Shown: positions 51,896 to 63,544, numbered from the whole stretch's first letter. The stretch: DNA of 63,544 nucleotides, filler included, from Octopus bimaculoides (GCF_001194135.2; 5 parts of 5 records of this genome joined end to end with filler, not necessarily neighbours in it); one strand, 5' to 3'. Numbers and translations are program-made. Notes: a model not told the origin generated them from the sequence alone.

Positions 51896-52494
51896 TTCAC
51901 AGATTAAGAAATAGCACTGATGACAATTAGTTCAATGCCTTTTTGTAGACATATGTTTTATTTAAATTTTCAGCAATGCATGGATAGATTACTGCATGTT
52001 TCTTTTTTAATCTAGTACTCTGAAAAAACTTGATCTTTTATGACTGCAATATTGCAACATTAAACAAGACAATGCAATTGATACCAGATGCACCCAACTT
52101 GTTGCTAATGTCTTAATACCATAATTCAATAAGAGAAAACAACCAGACAGGCAATTCAAGGCCAAATGAAATTGTACATAACTCAGAAACAAAGACTTCT
52201 GAAAAGCATTAAAAAACAAAGAAATTTAATAGTCATACATATGGTAATTCCCTGAATTCCAGCTTTATGAATTTTGACAAATATGGAATATTTAACAAAT
52301 TTGTAGAGAATTCCTCTGTCAAATGAATATACCTTTATATAAATGTTACTGTTGAGAAAGGCATGAATATCACAAGAAATGGTGCTAAAAAATTATCACT
52401 GATATCAAATATATGAAACAAATAATAGAGATATTTCATGAACACTCATATATAATAGCAATGGAAGTATCAGGAAATAATAATAATAATCCTT

Positions 52495-52590
52495 TATACT
52501 GTAGGCACAGGGCTTGAAATCTGGTGGTGGGGGTTAAGTCAACCAAATCAACTCCAGTACTTATCTGGTACTTAATTTATCGGCCCAGAA
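52495..52590 (-). mobile_element. SINE family A, 3' part
   Basis: Reverse complement of the 51530-51640 tail. Confidence 0.7.
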
Positions 52591-52701
52591 AAAAAAAGCA
52601 CGCAAAGCAACGGGAGGGTGGGGAGAGGACTTTCGGAAAATTCACACGCTCTGATGTTTTTCCCTCATAACTTTGAGGAAAATGGATATCTTTTGATGAA
52701 A

Positions 52702-52903
52702 TCTTAATATATAAAGCTGAAGTTGTGTGTCTGTGTGAAGCCTTTTTAAAAGTTTATAGAAATCCACATTTTCCACTTTTTCGTAAAAATTTTTACATCA
52801 ATGGAATTTTCTCAATGTGAACTTTCCAGTGCAGTAATTAGATTTTTTAAATTCCGTTTACTTTGTGTGATTTAAGGGAGATTTGGCTGTTGTTTCTAGC
52901 AAC
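52702..52903 (+). mobile_element. Probable Helitron 5' terminus
   Basis: A|TCTTAATATATAAAGCTGAAGTTGTGTGTCTGTGTG resembles non-autonomous Helitron 5' ends. Runs into an N gap. Confidence 0.45.
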
Positions 52904-53745
52904 NNNNNNNNNNNNNNNNNNNNNNNNNNNNNNNNNNNNNNNNNNNNNNNNNNNNNNNNNNNNNNNNNNNNNNNNNNNNNNNNNNNNNNNNNNNNNNNNN
53001 NNNNNNNNNNNNNNNNNNNNNNNNNNNNNNNNNNNNNNNNNNNNNNNNNNNNNNNNNNNNNNNNNNNNNNNNNNNNNNNNNNNNNNNNNNNNNNNNNNNN
53101 NNNNNNNNNNNNNNNNNNNNNNNNNNNNNNNNNNNNNNNNNNNNNNNNNNNNNNNNNNNNNNNNNNNNNNNNNNNNNNNNNNNNNNNNNNNNNNNNNNNN
53201 NNNNNNNNNNNNNNNNNNNNNNNNNNNNNNNNNNNNNNNNNNNNNNNNNNNNNNNNNNNNNNNNNNNNNNNNNNNNNNNNNNNNNNNNNNNNNNNNNNNN
53301 NNNNNNNNNNNNNNNNNNNNNNNNNNNNNNNNNNNNNNNNNNNNNNNNNNNNNNNNNNNNNNNNNNNNNNNNNNNNNNNNNNNNNNNNNNNNNNNNNNNN
53401 NNNNNNNNNNNNNNNNNNNNNNNNNNNNNNNNNNNNNNNNNNNNNNNNNNNNNNNNNNNNNNNNNNNNNNNNNNNNNNNNNNNNNNNNNNNNNNNNNNNN
53501 NNNNNNNNNNNNNNNNNNNNNNNNTCCATATTTGTTTCATTTTTCTCTGTTATGTGCTTATGTGCATCCGTAGATTTCTAATGAAGTAATAAGCAGTGAA
53601 GAGAATCCGTCATAAGAAAACTTTTAACTACCTCTATTCCTTTCTCCCCCTCTCTCTACCTCTTCCTCTCTCAAACGCATACACGTGCAAGTACACAATC
53701 ATTCAGTAAAATATAACTCATGTTCGTCAATGTTTTGGAAATATA

Positions 53746-53927
53746 CCACGATTTTCACTAGGGTGTTAGGGTTAGGGTTTAGGGTTACGGTTACGGTTAG
53801 GATTAGTATTACGGTTTTAGGGTCAGGGTTAGGGTTTTAGGGTTAGGGTTTAGGGTTAGTGTTAGGGTTAGTGTTAGGATTAGGTTTAGGGTTGGGTAAT
53901 CGTGCGGGTGTTAATCTGAAAAATTAC
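53746..53927. mobile_element. Foldback/MITE copy containing degenerate (TTAGGG)n
   Basis: Left CCACGATTTTCACTAGGGT, internal TTAGGG variants, and right ATCGTGCGGGTGTTAATCTGAAAAATTAC; the ends match 62122-62326. Confidence 0.75.
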
Positions 53928-54896
53928 AGATATGTGAAAAGTACCAACCCTGTCATCTATTATAACTTTTGTTGTTCTGTTTAAAATATACATAAACTAT
54001 GCCTCCAAAGAAGAGAGTTTGCTGGGGAAAGACAGCAACCAGTTTAAAATGACGGCAACAGACTGCAGCAATTCACCACATTCCAGAAGCTACCTTGAAC
54101 ATAATGCAAAATGGTGCATCAACATCTTCTGCCCAATCTGATAGAATTCTGGCAAAACTGTGTAGCAACAGATCGCCAGCAATTGCTTCATCACAAATTG
54201 CCGCCCTAGCTCCTGCGAAAAGGGATTACCCTGCTATGTATAATCAGGGCAGTGCAAAAAGTTGTTTTGTACAAGCATTTCTATAGCCAATTAGACGGAT
54301 GAAATTTACGTATGCTTAATAATTTTACGGAAAACAGCCTTCAGACTTTCCCTATTAATTTCATCGTCTTTTGAATTATGNNNNNNNNNNNNNNNNNNNN
54401 NNNNNNNNNNNNNNNNNNNNNNNNNNNNNNNNNNNNNNNNNNNNNNNNNNNNNNNNNNNNNNNNNNNNNNNNNNNNNNNNNNNNNNNNNNNNNNNNNNNN
54501 NNNNNNNNNNNNNNNNNNNNNNNNNNNNNNNNNNNNNNNNNNNNNNNNNNNNNNNNNNNNNNNNNNNNNNNNNNNNNNNNNNNNNNNNNNNNNNNNNNNN
54601 NNNNNNNNNNNNNNNNNNNNNNNNNNNNNNNNNNNNNNNNNNNNNNNNNNNNNNNNNNNNNNNNNNNNNNNNNNNNNNNNNNNNNNNNNNNNNNNNNNNN
54701 NNNNNNNNNNNNNNNNNNNNNNNNNNNNNNNNNNNNNNNNNNNNNNNNNNNNNNNNNNNNNNNNNNNNNNNNNNNNNNNNNNNNNNNNNNNNNNNNNNNN
54801 NNNNNNNNNNNNNNNNNNNNNNNNNNNNNNNNNNNNNNNNNNNNNNNNNNNNNNNNNNNNNNNNNNNNNNNNNNNNNNNNNNNNNNNNNNNNNNNN

Positions 54897-55329
54897 TAAG
54901 AAACAAAAACTTGGTTTTTGCGTGGAATCAAGTACCCTGACGGAAAACGGGGTAGAGTGCGGTGGAAGCCTCGCATTAGTTACCCGATTTCAGCGCAAAA
55001 AATTGCAAAGGGAAAGTGCTTTAGTTTTTCAAATCTATTCAGCAATCTGGGATTATTATATATTATATTATATCCAGTTTTAAAGTATAAGCCTAGTTGG
55101 GGGTAAGAAGAATGTTTGGTATTATTTGATACTTTTACCTGCATGATTTACACTAAGAAACAAAAACTTGGTTTTTGCGTGGAATCAAGTACCCTGACGG
55201 AAAACGGGGTAGAGTGCGGTGGAAGCCTCGCATTAGTTACCCGATTTCAGCGCAAAAAATTGCAAAGGGAAAGTGCTTTAGTTTTTCAAATCTATTCAGC
55301 AATCTGGGATTATTATATATTATATCCAG
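54897..55329 (+). repeat. Tandem duplication, period ~257 bp, ~180 bp near-identical
   Basis: TAAGAAACAAAAACTTGG...GGGATTATTATATATTATA at 54897 and 55154. Confidence 0.92.
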
Positions 55330-55885
55330 TGATTTTAAGAGGTAGGAAAAAGATATTTTGATTTAATATTGTATCTTTACTTGTTTCACACACATACACA
55401 AACTAATGTGTTTTTTTAGATGAATTATTTATCATTCTTTATCTTTCCACAAACTTTGTTACCACTAACTTCTATAACCTCTGCATTTTCACTTATTCAT
55501 TTCAAACTTCTTTGAATTTTCAATCTAATGTAATCCACACTCTCTTGAAAATGTATTTCTGCAAAATGTTATCTAAAAATATGGGTAAAGAAAGAAACAG
55601 CAAAAAAATATTTGAAAAGGGGAGGGGGTGAAATTTCCAAGGGTTCCACACCACCCTGTTTTCAAGACCCAAAAAAGAGTTTTATGGTATATTAGGAGGT
55701 CACCATAATTCATTCAGTGGAAAAAAAAAAACAATTTACCCAATGATTCTGGGATGGGGGTGGTCTGGTTTCCCACTCACCCTTTTTCTGAACAAAAATA
55801 AGGGGTTTGCAGCAAATTGGGAAACGGAGTGTGAAATTTGCAAAAATATGTCTGTTAAAAAGAAGATAGAAGGAAACAAAGAAAC

Positions 55886-56500
55886 GGTCTGTCATACAGC
55901 CTAAATGTTGGTTGTTTCACTCATCACTCTGAGCTAAACTTAATCATTAAGTGGGCCTGGCTTGGATTAATATCTCCTCAGTTCTGGAGCTTGCAGGATT
56001 ATCCAGAAGTGATAGGAAGAAACCATATGGTCTTACTCTCTGTCCCTGAGTAAGAAGTAGGTGCCTCGTTTGGGACACCATAATCTGTAACTCTTTCGCT
56101 CCTGCCCACATCCTGGATGATGCAGTAAATGGGAGGGTCACTGCTTCTGTAACCAAATGGAACAAAACCCTGAAGTATTGGGACGTTACAGTGAGCTATC
56201 TCTTCCAGCCTGTGACATTTGAGACATTTGGAGGGATTGGGCCACTAATGGTGAAGTTCTTGTCATTATTGGCAGCTCGCCTCACTGAAATGTCAGGTGA
56301 TGCCCATGAGGGTGCTTGGCTTCTCCAATGCTTTAAGCCTTGCCATCGTCCATGGTAATGTCACGAGCTTGCTTCAGTAGGTTCCATTGAACCTTGTAGT
56401 GTACAACCAATTGAGGCATTTGGTGCTGCATTAATGTTTTTTCCTCCCTTCTTTTTGTTTTTCTTTTGTAAAATATATTCTTTTTCATATTTTGAATAAA
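55886..56500 (+). mobile_element. CRE-clade non-LTR retrotransposon 3' end (restriction-like endonuclease), pseudogenised
   Basis: GLSY...HHSELNLIIKWA-(fs)-SVLELAGLSRSDRKKPYGLTLCP*..CLVWD...KYWDV..SYLFQPVTFETFGGIGP...LAARLTEMSGDAHE..WL-(fs)-SLAIVHGN matches the CRE consensus LEPxGLSRxDGKRPDGLTLxPW...WD...FxPxxxETxG...LSLAIQRGN. Confidence 0.9.
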
Positions 56501-56511
56501 ATATATATTAC

Positions 56512-56611
56512 NNNNNNNNNNNNNNNNNNNNNNNNNNNNNNNNNNNNNNNNNNNNTTAATTAATTAANNNNNNNNNNNNNNNNNNNNNNNNNNNNNNNNN
56601 NNNNNNNNNNN
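56512..56611. other. Artificial scaffold linker
   Basis: N44-TTAATTAATTAA-N44. Confidence 0.95.
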
Positions 56612-56708
<97 letters not shown>

Positions 56709-57804
56709 CTATGTATGTATATTTATATATGGATATATGTAAATGTGTGTACATAGTATATATTGTATATTTTATATATCATATCATATGCATGTGTATT
56801 TTTGTGTGTGTATATATATACATAGAGTTATATATGTATATATTTATATATGTATATATATTTATATATATAAACGTGTATGTATGTGTGTGTCGATGTA
56901 CATATATGCATACATAGGTATGTGTGTGTGTATACACACACACACACGCATATATATATATATATATATAAGTATATATTACGTGCATGTGTATATTCAT
57001 ATATATATATATTTATATTTATATTTATAATATATATTTGATATTTATATATGCATATACGTATGTATGATTTATTACTGTAAATCTACAAATTATTTGT
57101 AGCACATCACAATTAAAGATTTCTTTTTGAAACTAAGCTCATTTCGTGCACCTAAACACCACCCAACTCCCTCTACACACACATAGAGTCTTTCTCCCTC
57201 CCCCTCTCTCTCTCTCTATCACTCTCTCTTTCGCTTTCTTCTTTTTTCCTCACTTCTCTCTTAACTCGCTTTCTCTGCTCCTCCACTTCCCCGTCTTTTG
57301 TTGGTTCCCCATTTTCTCTGTTTCTCACTTTGTCTCCTCCTCCTCCCTCTTCGTCTTGTAAATTTACTTTAACACCCAATCCCATTAATGCTACAATACA
57401 ACGAATTAATCGTTTAAGTTGTTTTAAAATTAAATTATTGTTTTCCTCTCTATAATTGTATTTCTACTCTGTCTCTAGAGACACTTGAGCTGTGAGGAAC
57501 AGTCGTTGCCCCGTTCTACACAGCTCATCTCTTTCACGCAACTGTTGCCCTGGGTCAAGCAAAGACCGAGACTAGACATTTTAGCTTCTAGTTTGTCTTC
57601 ACGTTCTTCCAGGCCATTCACAGCTGAGTACATAATGTACATAATTCCTCATCTCTTAAATATAGAACCAAATACACCAATGTCTTGGCTTTCCTACACC
57701 ATATCCAAGGTAAGATATACAGTAGAATTTCCAACCTCATTTCCTTAACAGGAAAGCGATGATATACTTGAAAAGGGTAGGGCGTCGTAGAGAATTAAAA
57801 TATT

Positions 57805-57905
57805 CTTTTATTCTCTTATTTGTTTCAGTCCTTTGACTGCGGCGATGCTGGAGCACAGCCTTTGGTCGAACAAATCGACCCCAGGACTTATTCTTTGTGA
57901 GCCTA
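57805..57905 (-). mobile_element. SINE family B, 3' tail
   Basis: TTTCAGTCCTTTGACTGCGGCGATGCTGGAGCAC...AAATCGACCCCAGGACTTATTCTTTG. Confidence 0.8.
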
Positions 57906-59061
57906 AAGAACACAAATGGGTTTTAAATGTTCACAACAGCTGTTTCGGCAGCACTTATCTATAGTGCTAAAAAATGCAGAATTAGTGGCGGATGAAAAGC
58001 ATCCAGTAGCGGCGGCGGAATTGCTAGATCCGGGATTTCTGCATATTTGCGCGTCATCGCGAGGAAGCATCCGCTATTGCCGCATGATTAGACAGTGATT
58101 AGCAAATCCCTGGTGTCACACAACGACGTCAGGCCTAGTACTAAACCTTTAGTACCCAAGAATCATAGACGAAACAAAATATATTTTGTCGGACTAATGC
58201 TTATTGATAAAACGTTTATTCAGTCTCAGATTTAACTTTGAATTCTTTATTCTATGTGACCCGACATAGCTTCTTTGAACTTAATACCCTGGAATATACA
58301 CACGCACCCGAACACACACATACGCATACACATCACACACACACACACACATATTGATATATGAATGTATGTCTACACGTGTCAGTACATATGGGTGTGT
58401 GTGTATGTGAAAGTAATATACGCATAATATTCAAATACCTAAAACTCTATAAGTACTTTTATGCATTTCTATACAGTATTTAAACAAATATTGTTTTATA
58501 TAATATATATTGTCATAGGCAGTGTCGTATAAGCATATATACGCATGTACATTGCCTATTCACATATATACACATCCGTTATTTAGATTATTTCACATAT
58601 AAGGACCTTTGTTCCTGTTGAACTTTGATGGTGCGATAACTGGAAGTGATTGAACAAGTTAACTGATTCATATAGAAGATAGAGTTTCAGCAATGAAACC
58701 AATAAGTTATCGCAGAATAATCTTTAATATCTTTATTTCTCACCACAGAGAAGATCTTACGATAATACACAATATGGACAGGAATGAAGTTCACGTCGAA
58801 TTGGGAGAATTAAGTAAAGGTAAAATACGATAAAATCATTTAATTCCTATTTAATTAGAATGCAACCAAAGCTAATTATACGAATATTAACACTCACATC
58901 TGAGTAGTATTTGCATTTCTTGTGCGAATTATATCTAAATGGTTTTATGATGGTTTATACGAGATACGAAGGAGATAAAATGAAAATGAACTCACTATGA
59001 TATTTTACACAATTTAAAATTATATTAAGAGGAAATATTTTATTGTTTCTAAGATAAATTT

Positions 59062-59097
<36 letters not shown>

Positions 59098-59099
59098 TA

Positions 59100-59395
59100 G
59101 TTATCGCCAAGCCAACATGGCAGTCCCAAAATTAGGACGAAAGCTGCCGTGAATTAGCTCCAAGAAGCCATCGCCTCTAGCTAGCTATGTGACACACGAA
59201 ACCTGTGTCCTTTATAACCTTCGAACAGGGGAGGTCAGCAGTGTCCCCCTGCTGGTTTGGCATCTGCAGACTAGACTAGTTTCAGGGTGTTGCCCCTTGT
59301 CAATGCAGAGTAGCCAAGCCTTAGCCAGGCGGCGCTGCTGACTATCTGCTCGAAGGTTATTTATCTAATTTCAGTGGAATCTATCCACTGGTTTT
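59100..59395 (-). mobile_element. Possible RTE-type LINE 3' end
   Basis: Stop-rich minus frames KPVDRF..INNLRA and FVCHIAS.RRWLL resemble the RTE C-terminus; recognised mostly from memory. Confidence 0.4.
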
Positions 59396-59495
59396 NNNNN
59401 NNNNNNNNNNNNNNNNNNNNNNNNNNNNNNNNNNNNNNNTTAATTAATTAANNNNNNNNNNNNNNNNNNNNNNNNNNNNNNNNNNNNNNNNNNNN
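59396..59495. other. Artificial scaffold linker
   Basis: N44-TTAATTAATTAA-N44. Confidence 0.95.
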
Positions 59496-61096
59496 TCCTC
59501 CTCCTGATAACTCTACATATTATTCTTTATTGAATATCGCATCCTGTAATTACAGCATATTTTATTGTTTATTGTATTTTAAATGGTTCACTCATTATGT
59601 TACACAATAACTTACAATATTAATTTTTTAGACTCAGGAATATTGTAAAGGGAAATATTTATGTAAAGAATGACCCCAAGAACAAAACAGAAGAAATCAC
59701 AAAGGAAGATCATGAGGCATAAGTGTAGTTTAGTGCCCCACACAAGACTGATGCCTTGATAGTTTCTGAATAATGTTTTTTTTTAAATTAAACTTTGCAG
59801 AGATAGGTTTTCAAGTGTCCAAATTATGATGATTTCCATAAAATAGAGAAACAACATTTGGGAGTAGATTTCTCACTATTCTTTGTCAACTCTGTTCCAC
59901 TTTGATAAACTTATCCACTTCTTCAACATGNNNNNNNNNNNNNNNNNNNNNNNNNNNNNNNNNNNNNNNNNNNNNNNNNNNNNNNNNNNNNNNNNNNNNN
60001 NNNNNNNNNNNNNNNNNNNNNNNNNNNNNNNNNNNNNNNNNNNNNNNNNNNNNNNNNNNNNNNNNNNNNNNNNNNNNNNNNNNNNNNNNNNNNNNNNNNN
60101 NNNNNNNNNNNNNNNNNNNNNNNNNNNNNNNNNNNNNNNNNNNNNNNNNNNNNNNNNNNNNNNNNNNNNNNNNNNNNNNNNNNNNNNNNNNNNNNNNNNN
60201 NNNNNNNNNNNNNNNNNNNNNNNNNNNNNNNNNNNNNNNNNNNNNNNNNNNNNNNNNNNNNNNNNNNNNNNNNNNNNNNNNNNNNNNNNNNNNNNNNNNN
60301 NNNNNNNNNNNNNNNNNNNNNNNNNNNNNNNNNNNNNNNNNNNNNNNNNNNNNNNNNNNNNNNNNNNNNNNNNNNNNNNNNNNGTTGTCAACATTTTGCA
60401 TGTAGTGAAGAATTATGTGTACCAACGACAAATGAAGTCCAATGAATAAATTATTTTTAATTATGAATCGATTCACTCATTTGTTTACTTCANNNNNNNN
60501 NNAATTATTTTTAATTATGAATCGATTCACTCATTTGTTTACTTCAAAGGCACTCACATTCCTTTGGCATCTGTTTACCAAGATACACATGGCCAAGCAT
60601 ATTGTGCTCTTCTGTCAATAAATTTAATTTGATTTGTTGTTTACCATATAATATGTGAAGGACAGTTTAGAATGATGTCTCAAAAAATACTGTTCATTAG
60701 GTGTTCTGGCATTGTGCAGGAAATAACAGTGAAGTGCTCTGAATTTCACTTGGTCTCCAGGTGGTCTCATGCGACGCTAGAAATACAAACCAAATGCTAA
60801 AATATGCCTTGTTTTTCATATAAAATGGAAGGACACTCAAAATACACACAAAATTACTGTTTGAAANNNNNNNNNNNNNNNNNNNNNNNNNNNNNNNNNN
60901 NNNNNNAAAATTTGTATTGATTTTTGTATAAAATTGAAGGACACTTTAAGAATGATTTGTGAAACACTGTGCTAAAGGTGGCCTCACTTCATGCTAGAAA
61001 TAGCAGCAAAATTTGCATTCTTTTTCATAGAAAAGTGTAACACAACTGTCAAAATATTCTCCAATGAATCCATGCCATGCTAGAAATAACAGCCAG

Positions 61097-61440
61097 TTTG
61101 CAGGACGTCCTCATCGAGCTTTGTAGATCTTGCAGGATGAGGCGCGTCTTCTAGGCTGTAATTTCCGGTTGACACTGGCTTACGCTTATTGTCCAATCCC
61201 CATATACTGCATTAATANNNNNNNNNNCACTGGCTTACGCTTATTGTCCAATCCCCATATACTGCATTAATATTCCTAGCACTTTCCTTTGCGTTGTTGC
61301 CTTTATCAAACTCACAATTCAAAATATGCTGAATATTCTCCTTTGTCACTTCCATTATAGCTTTGAAAANNNNNNNNNNTGAATATTCTCCTTTGTCACT
61401 TCCATTATAGCTTTGAAAAAATAACTGTTCAAGTCGAACT
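61097..61440 (-). mobile_element. Mariner transposase N-terminal remnant (Hsmar1/Mos1-like)
   Basis: MEVTKENIQHILNCEFDKGNNAKESARNINAVYGDWTISVSQC ... GNYSLEDAPHPARSTKLDEDVLQT: HTH with F+xGxxSLEDxPRxGR; ATG at 61355. Confidence 0.85.
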
Positions 61441-61585
61441 GCGCTCTTGATGGAACAAAATATACCTACACACATGTGTTTATATGTGTGTATGCATGCG
61501 TAGTAAGAGACACATATTATAGAAAGTGTGTGAGGTGGGGCGATATATTAATATGGGAGGGGTTGAGAAAGTATTTTCTAACTAT

Positions 61586-62099
61586 ACTCTTTTACTTGTT
61601 TCAATCATTTTGACTGCGGCCATGCTGGAGCACCNNNNNNNNNNNNNNNNNNNNNNNNNNNNNNNNNNNNNNNNNNNNNNNNNNNNNNNNNNNNNNNNNN
61701 NNNNNNNNNNNNNNNNNNNNNNNNNNNNNNNNNNNNNNNNNNNNNNNNNNNNNNNNNNNNNNNNNNNNNNNNNNNNNNNNNNNNNNNNNNNNNNNNNNNN
61801 NNNNNNNNNNNNNNNNNNNNNNNNNNNNNNNNNNNNNNNNNNNNNNNNNNNNNNNNNNNNNNNNNNNNNNNNNNNNNNNNNNNNNNNNNNNNNNNNNNNN
61901 NNNNNNNNNNNNNNNNNNNNNNNNNNNNNNNNNNNNNNNNNNNNNNNNNNNNNNNNNNNNNNNNNNNNNNNNNNNNNNNNNNNNNNNNNNNNNNNNNNNN
62001 NNNNNNNNNNNNNNNNNNNNNNNNNNNNNNNNNNNNNNNNNNCCCGGAACCATATGGTTGGTGAGCAAGCTACGTACCACACAGCCACTCCTGCGCCTA
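61586..62099 (-). mobile_element. SINE family B spanning an N gap
   Basis: Tail (TTTGACTGCGGCCATGCTGGAGCACC) before the gap and head (CCACACAGCCACTCCTGCGCCTA) after it. Confidence 0.8.
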
Positions 62100-62121
62100 T
62101 AAAACTTTAAGATTCTTGGCT

Positions 62122-62326
62122 GTTATTTTTCAGATTAACACCCACACGATCTTCACTAGGGTGTTAGGGTCAGGGTTAGGGTTAGTTTTAGGGTTACGGT
62201 TAGGGACGGAATTCCCCAACCCTAACCCTAAAACCCTAGTGAAGATCGTGCGGGTGTTAATCTGAAANNNNNNNNNNACCCTAAAACCCTAGTGAAGATC
62301 GTGCGGGTGTTAATCTGAAAAATTAC
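62122..62326. mobile_element. Foldback element with ~43-bp TIRs and internal telomere-type repeats
   Basis: 62128-62170 and 62225-62267 are reverse complements with 2 mismatches; TTAGGG/CCCTAA units lie inside. 62278-62320 is a gap-edge duplicate. Confidence 0.85.
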
Positions 62327-62745
62327 TGTTATTTCTAGTATCACATAAGGACCACTAGTTGGGCAAGATTTCTTCAGACGCTTCGTAAAGTNNNNNNNNN
62401 NNNNNNNNNNNNNNNNNNNNNNNNNNNNNNNNNNNGAGCTGTTATTTCTAGCATATTGCCAGACCACTTGTTGGACAACACATTTTATAGACGCTTCGTG
62501 AAGTCTCCTATTTCTATATGAAATACATTACAAATTTGATGGTCGTTGCTTGCTGCTTCCCGAACGATACGAGACAATAAAGAGGTCTGTGTCTGTAGCA
62601 AAGGCCGAAATAATTATGCAAGGNNNNNNNNNNNNNNNNNNNNNNNNNNNNNNNNNNNNNNNNNNNNNNNNNNNNNNNNNNNNNNNNNNNNNNNNNNNNN
62701 NNNNNNNNNNNNNNNNNNNNNNNNNNNNNNNNNNNNNNNNNNNNN

Positions 62746-62945
62746 GTCTGCCAAGCAAATGGGAAGCAGTAATTGAAGTGGATGGTGACTATGCTCCAGA
62801 ATAATCATTTAAAGATGTTTTTGTACATGTTGTTGTTGTTTTTGTTGAATANNNNNNNNNNAATCATTTAAAGATGTTTTTGTACATGTTGTTGTTGTTT
62901 TTGTTGAATAAAATTTGTTGTAAAAAAGCCGCAATAATTATGTAA
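62746..62945 (+). mobile_element. Mariner transposase C-terminus and 3' end
   Basis: LPSKWEAVIEVDGDYAPE* is the typical mariner LPxRWxxVIxxxGxY terminus. Confidence 0.75.
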
Positions 62946-62949
62946 CCGT

Positions 62950-63013
62950 AGGCGCAGGAGTGGCTGTGTGGTAACTAGCTTGCTTGCCAACCACATGGTT
63001 CTGGGTTCAGTCC
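62950..63013 (+). mobile_element. SINE family B head
   Basis: AGGCGCAGGAGTGGCTGTGTGGTAA (A box) ... GGGTTCAGTCCC (B box). Confidence 0.85.
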
Positions 63014-63114
63014 CNNNNNNNNNNNNNNNNNNNNNNNNNNNNNNNNNNNNNNNNNNNNNNNNNNNNNNNNNNNNNNNNNNNNNNNNNNNNNNNNNNNNNN
63101 NNNNNNNNNNNNNN

Positions 63115-63445
63115 AAAGAAAGGACGAGCGTACGTACGTAGGAATGAACGATCGAACGAACGAATGAACGAACGAAAGAACAAACGAACGTACGTACATA
63201 CGTATGTACGTAATCAGAAAATATCGAATGAAAGTACGTACGTCCGAACGACCGAACGAATGAACGAAGAACGAACTTACGAACGAATGAACGAACAAAA
63301 GAATGGACGTTTGTACGTACGTCCGCACGCAGGAACGAACGTACGTACGTACGAACGAACAAACGAACGAACGAAAGAACGAATGTTCGTACGTAAGAAC
63401 GATCGAACGAACGTACGTACGTAGTATGCACGTAAGAACGAACGT
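63115..63445. repeat. CpG-rich degenerate (ACGA)n/(ACGT)n tetranucleotide satellite
   Basis: Directly visible. Confidence 0.95.
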
Positions 63446-63544
63446 TCTCAATTTTATGAAAATAATCTTAATCTGGACATTTGAAAACTTATCTCTGCAA
63501 AGTTTAATTTAAAGAAAACATTATTCAGAAACTAACAAGGAATC

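Noticed and set aside
53760-53895. TTAGGG array as a true chromosome end
   Set aside because: Short, degenerate, internal, and bounded by termini shared with the 62.1-kb element.
54897-55329. CRISPR-like repeat-spacer structure
   Set aside because: Only two copies of about 180 bp, in eukaryotic context, with no cas genes.
60440-62900. Short exact duplications flanking 10-N gaps (about 60443/60503, 61177/61228, 61330/61380, 62224/62278, 62806/62861)
   Set aside because: These are unmerged contig overlaps, an assembly artefact.

Overview
This is AT-rich, microsatellite-dense eukaryotic genomic DNA from a gappy draft assembly. The SINE, MITE and LINE families match ones I recall from Octopus genomes, so the organism is an inference, not a search result. 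Four identical 100-nt artificial linkers (N44-TTAATTAATTAA-N44) split the window into five segments (1-31012, 31113-51221, 51322-56511, 56612-59395, 59496-63544) whose adjacency is unproven. Most of the sequence is simple repeats and transposon relics: tRNA-derived SINEs, LINE fragments (RTE, Tx1/L1, CR1, R4/Dong, CRE, Penelope), Tc1/mariner/maT remnants, piggyBac-like MITEs and a complete non-autonomous Helitron. Nearly all ORFs in the supplied track are microsatellite or N-gap artefacts. The main finding is a well-supported spliced + strand gene at 37776-40735 that the ORF track misses: six coding exons with canonical splice sites, all joined in phase 1, encoding a 163-aa protein with no domain I recognise. 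Other highlights are four minimal hammerhead-ribozyme-like motifs in two Penelope-like repeat families, a SINE sharing its 3' tail with a Tx1-like LINE, and a foldback element carrying TTAGGG repeats. No prokaryotic features, CRISPR arrays, rRNA or intact tRNA genes were seen.
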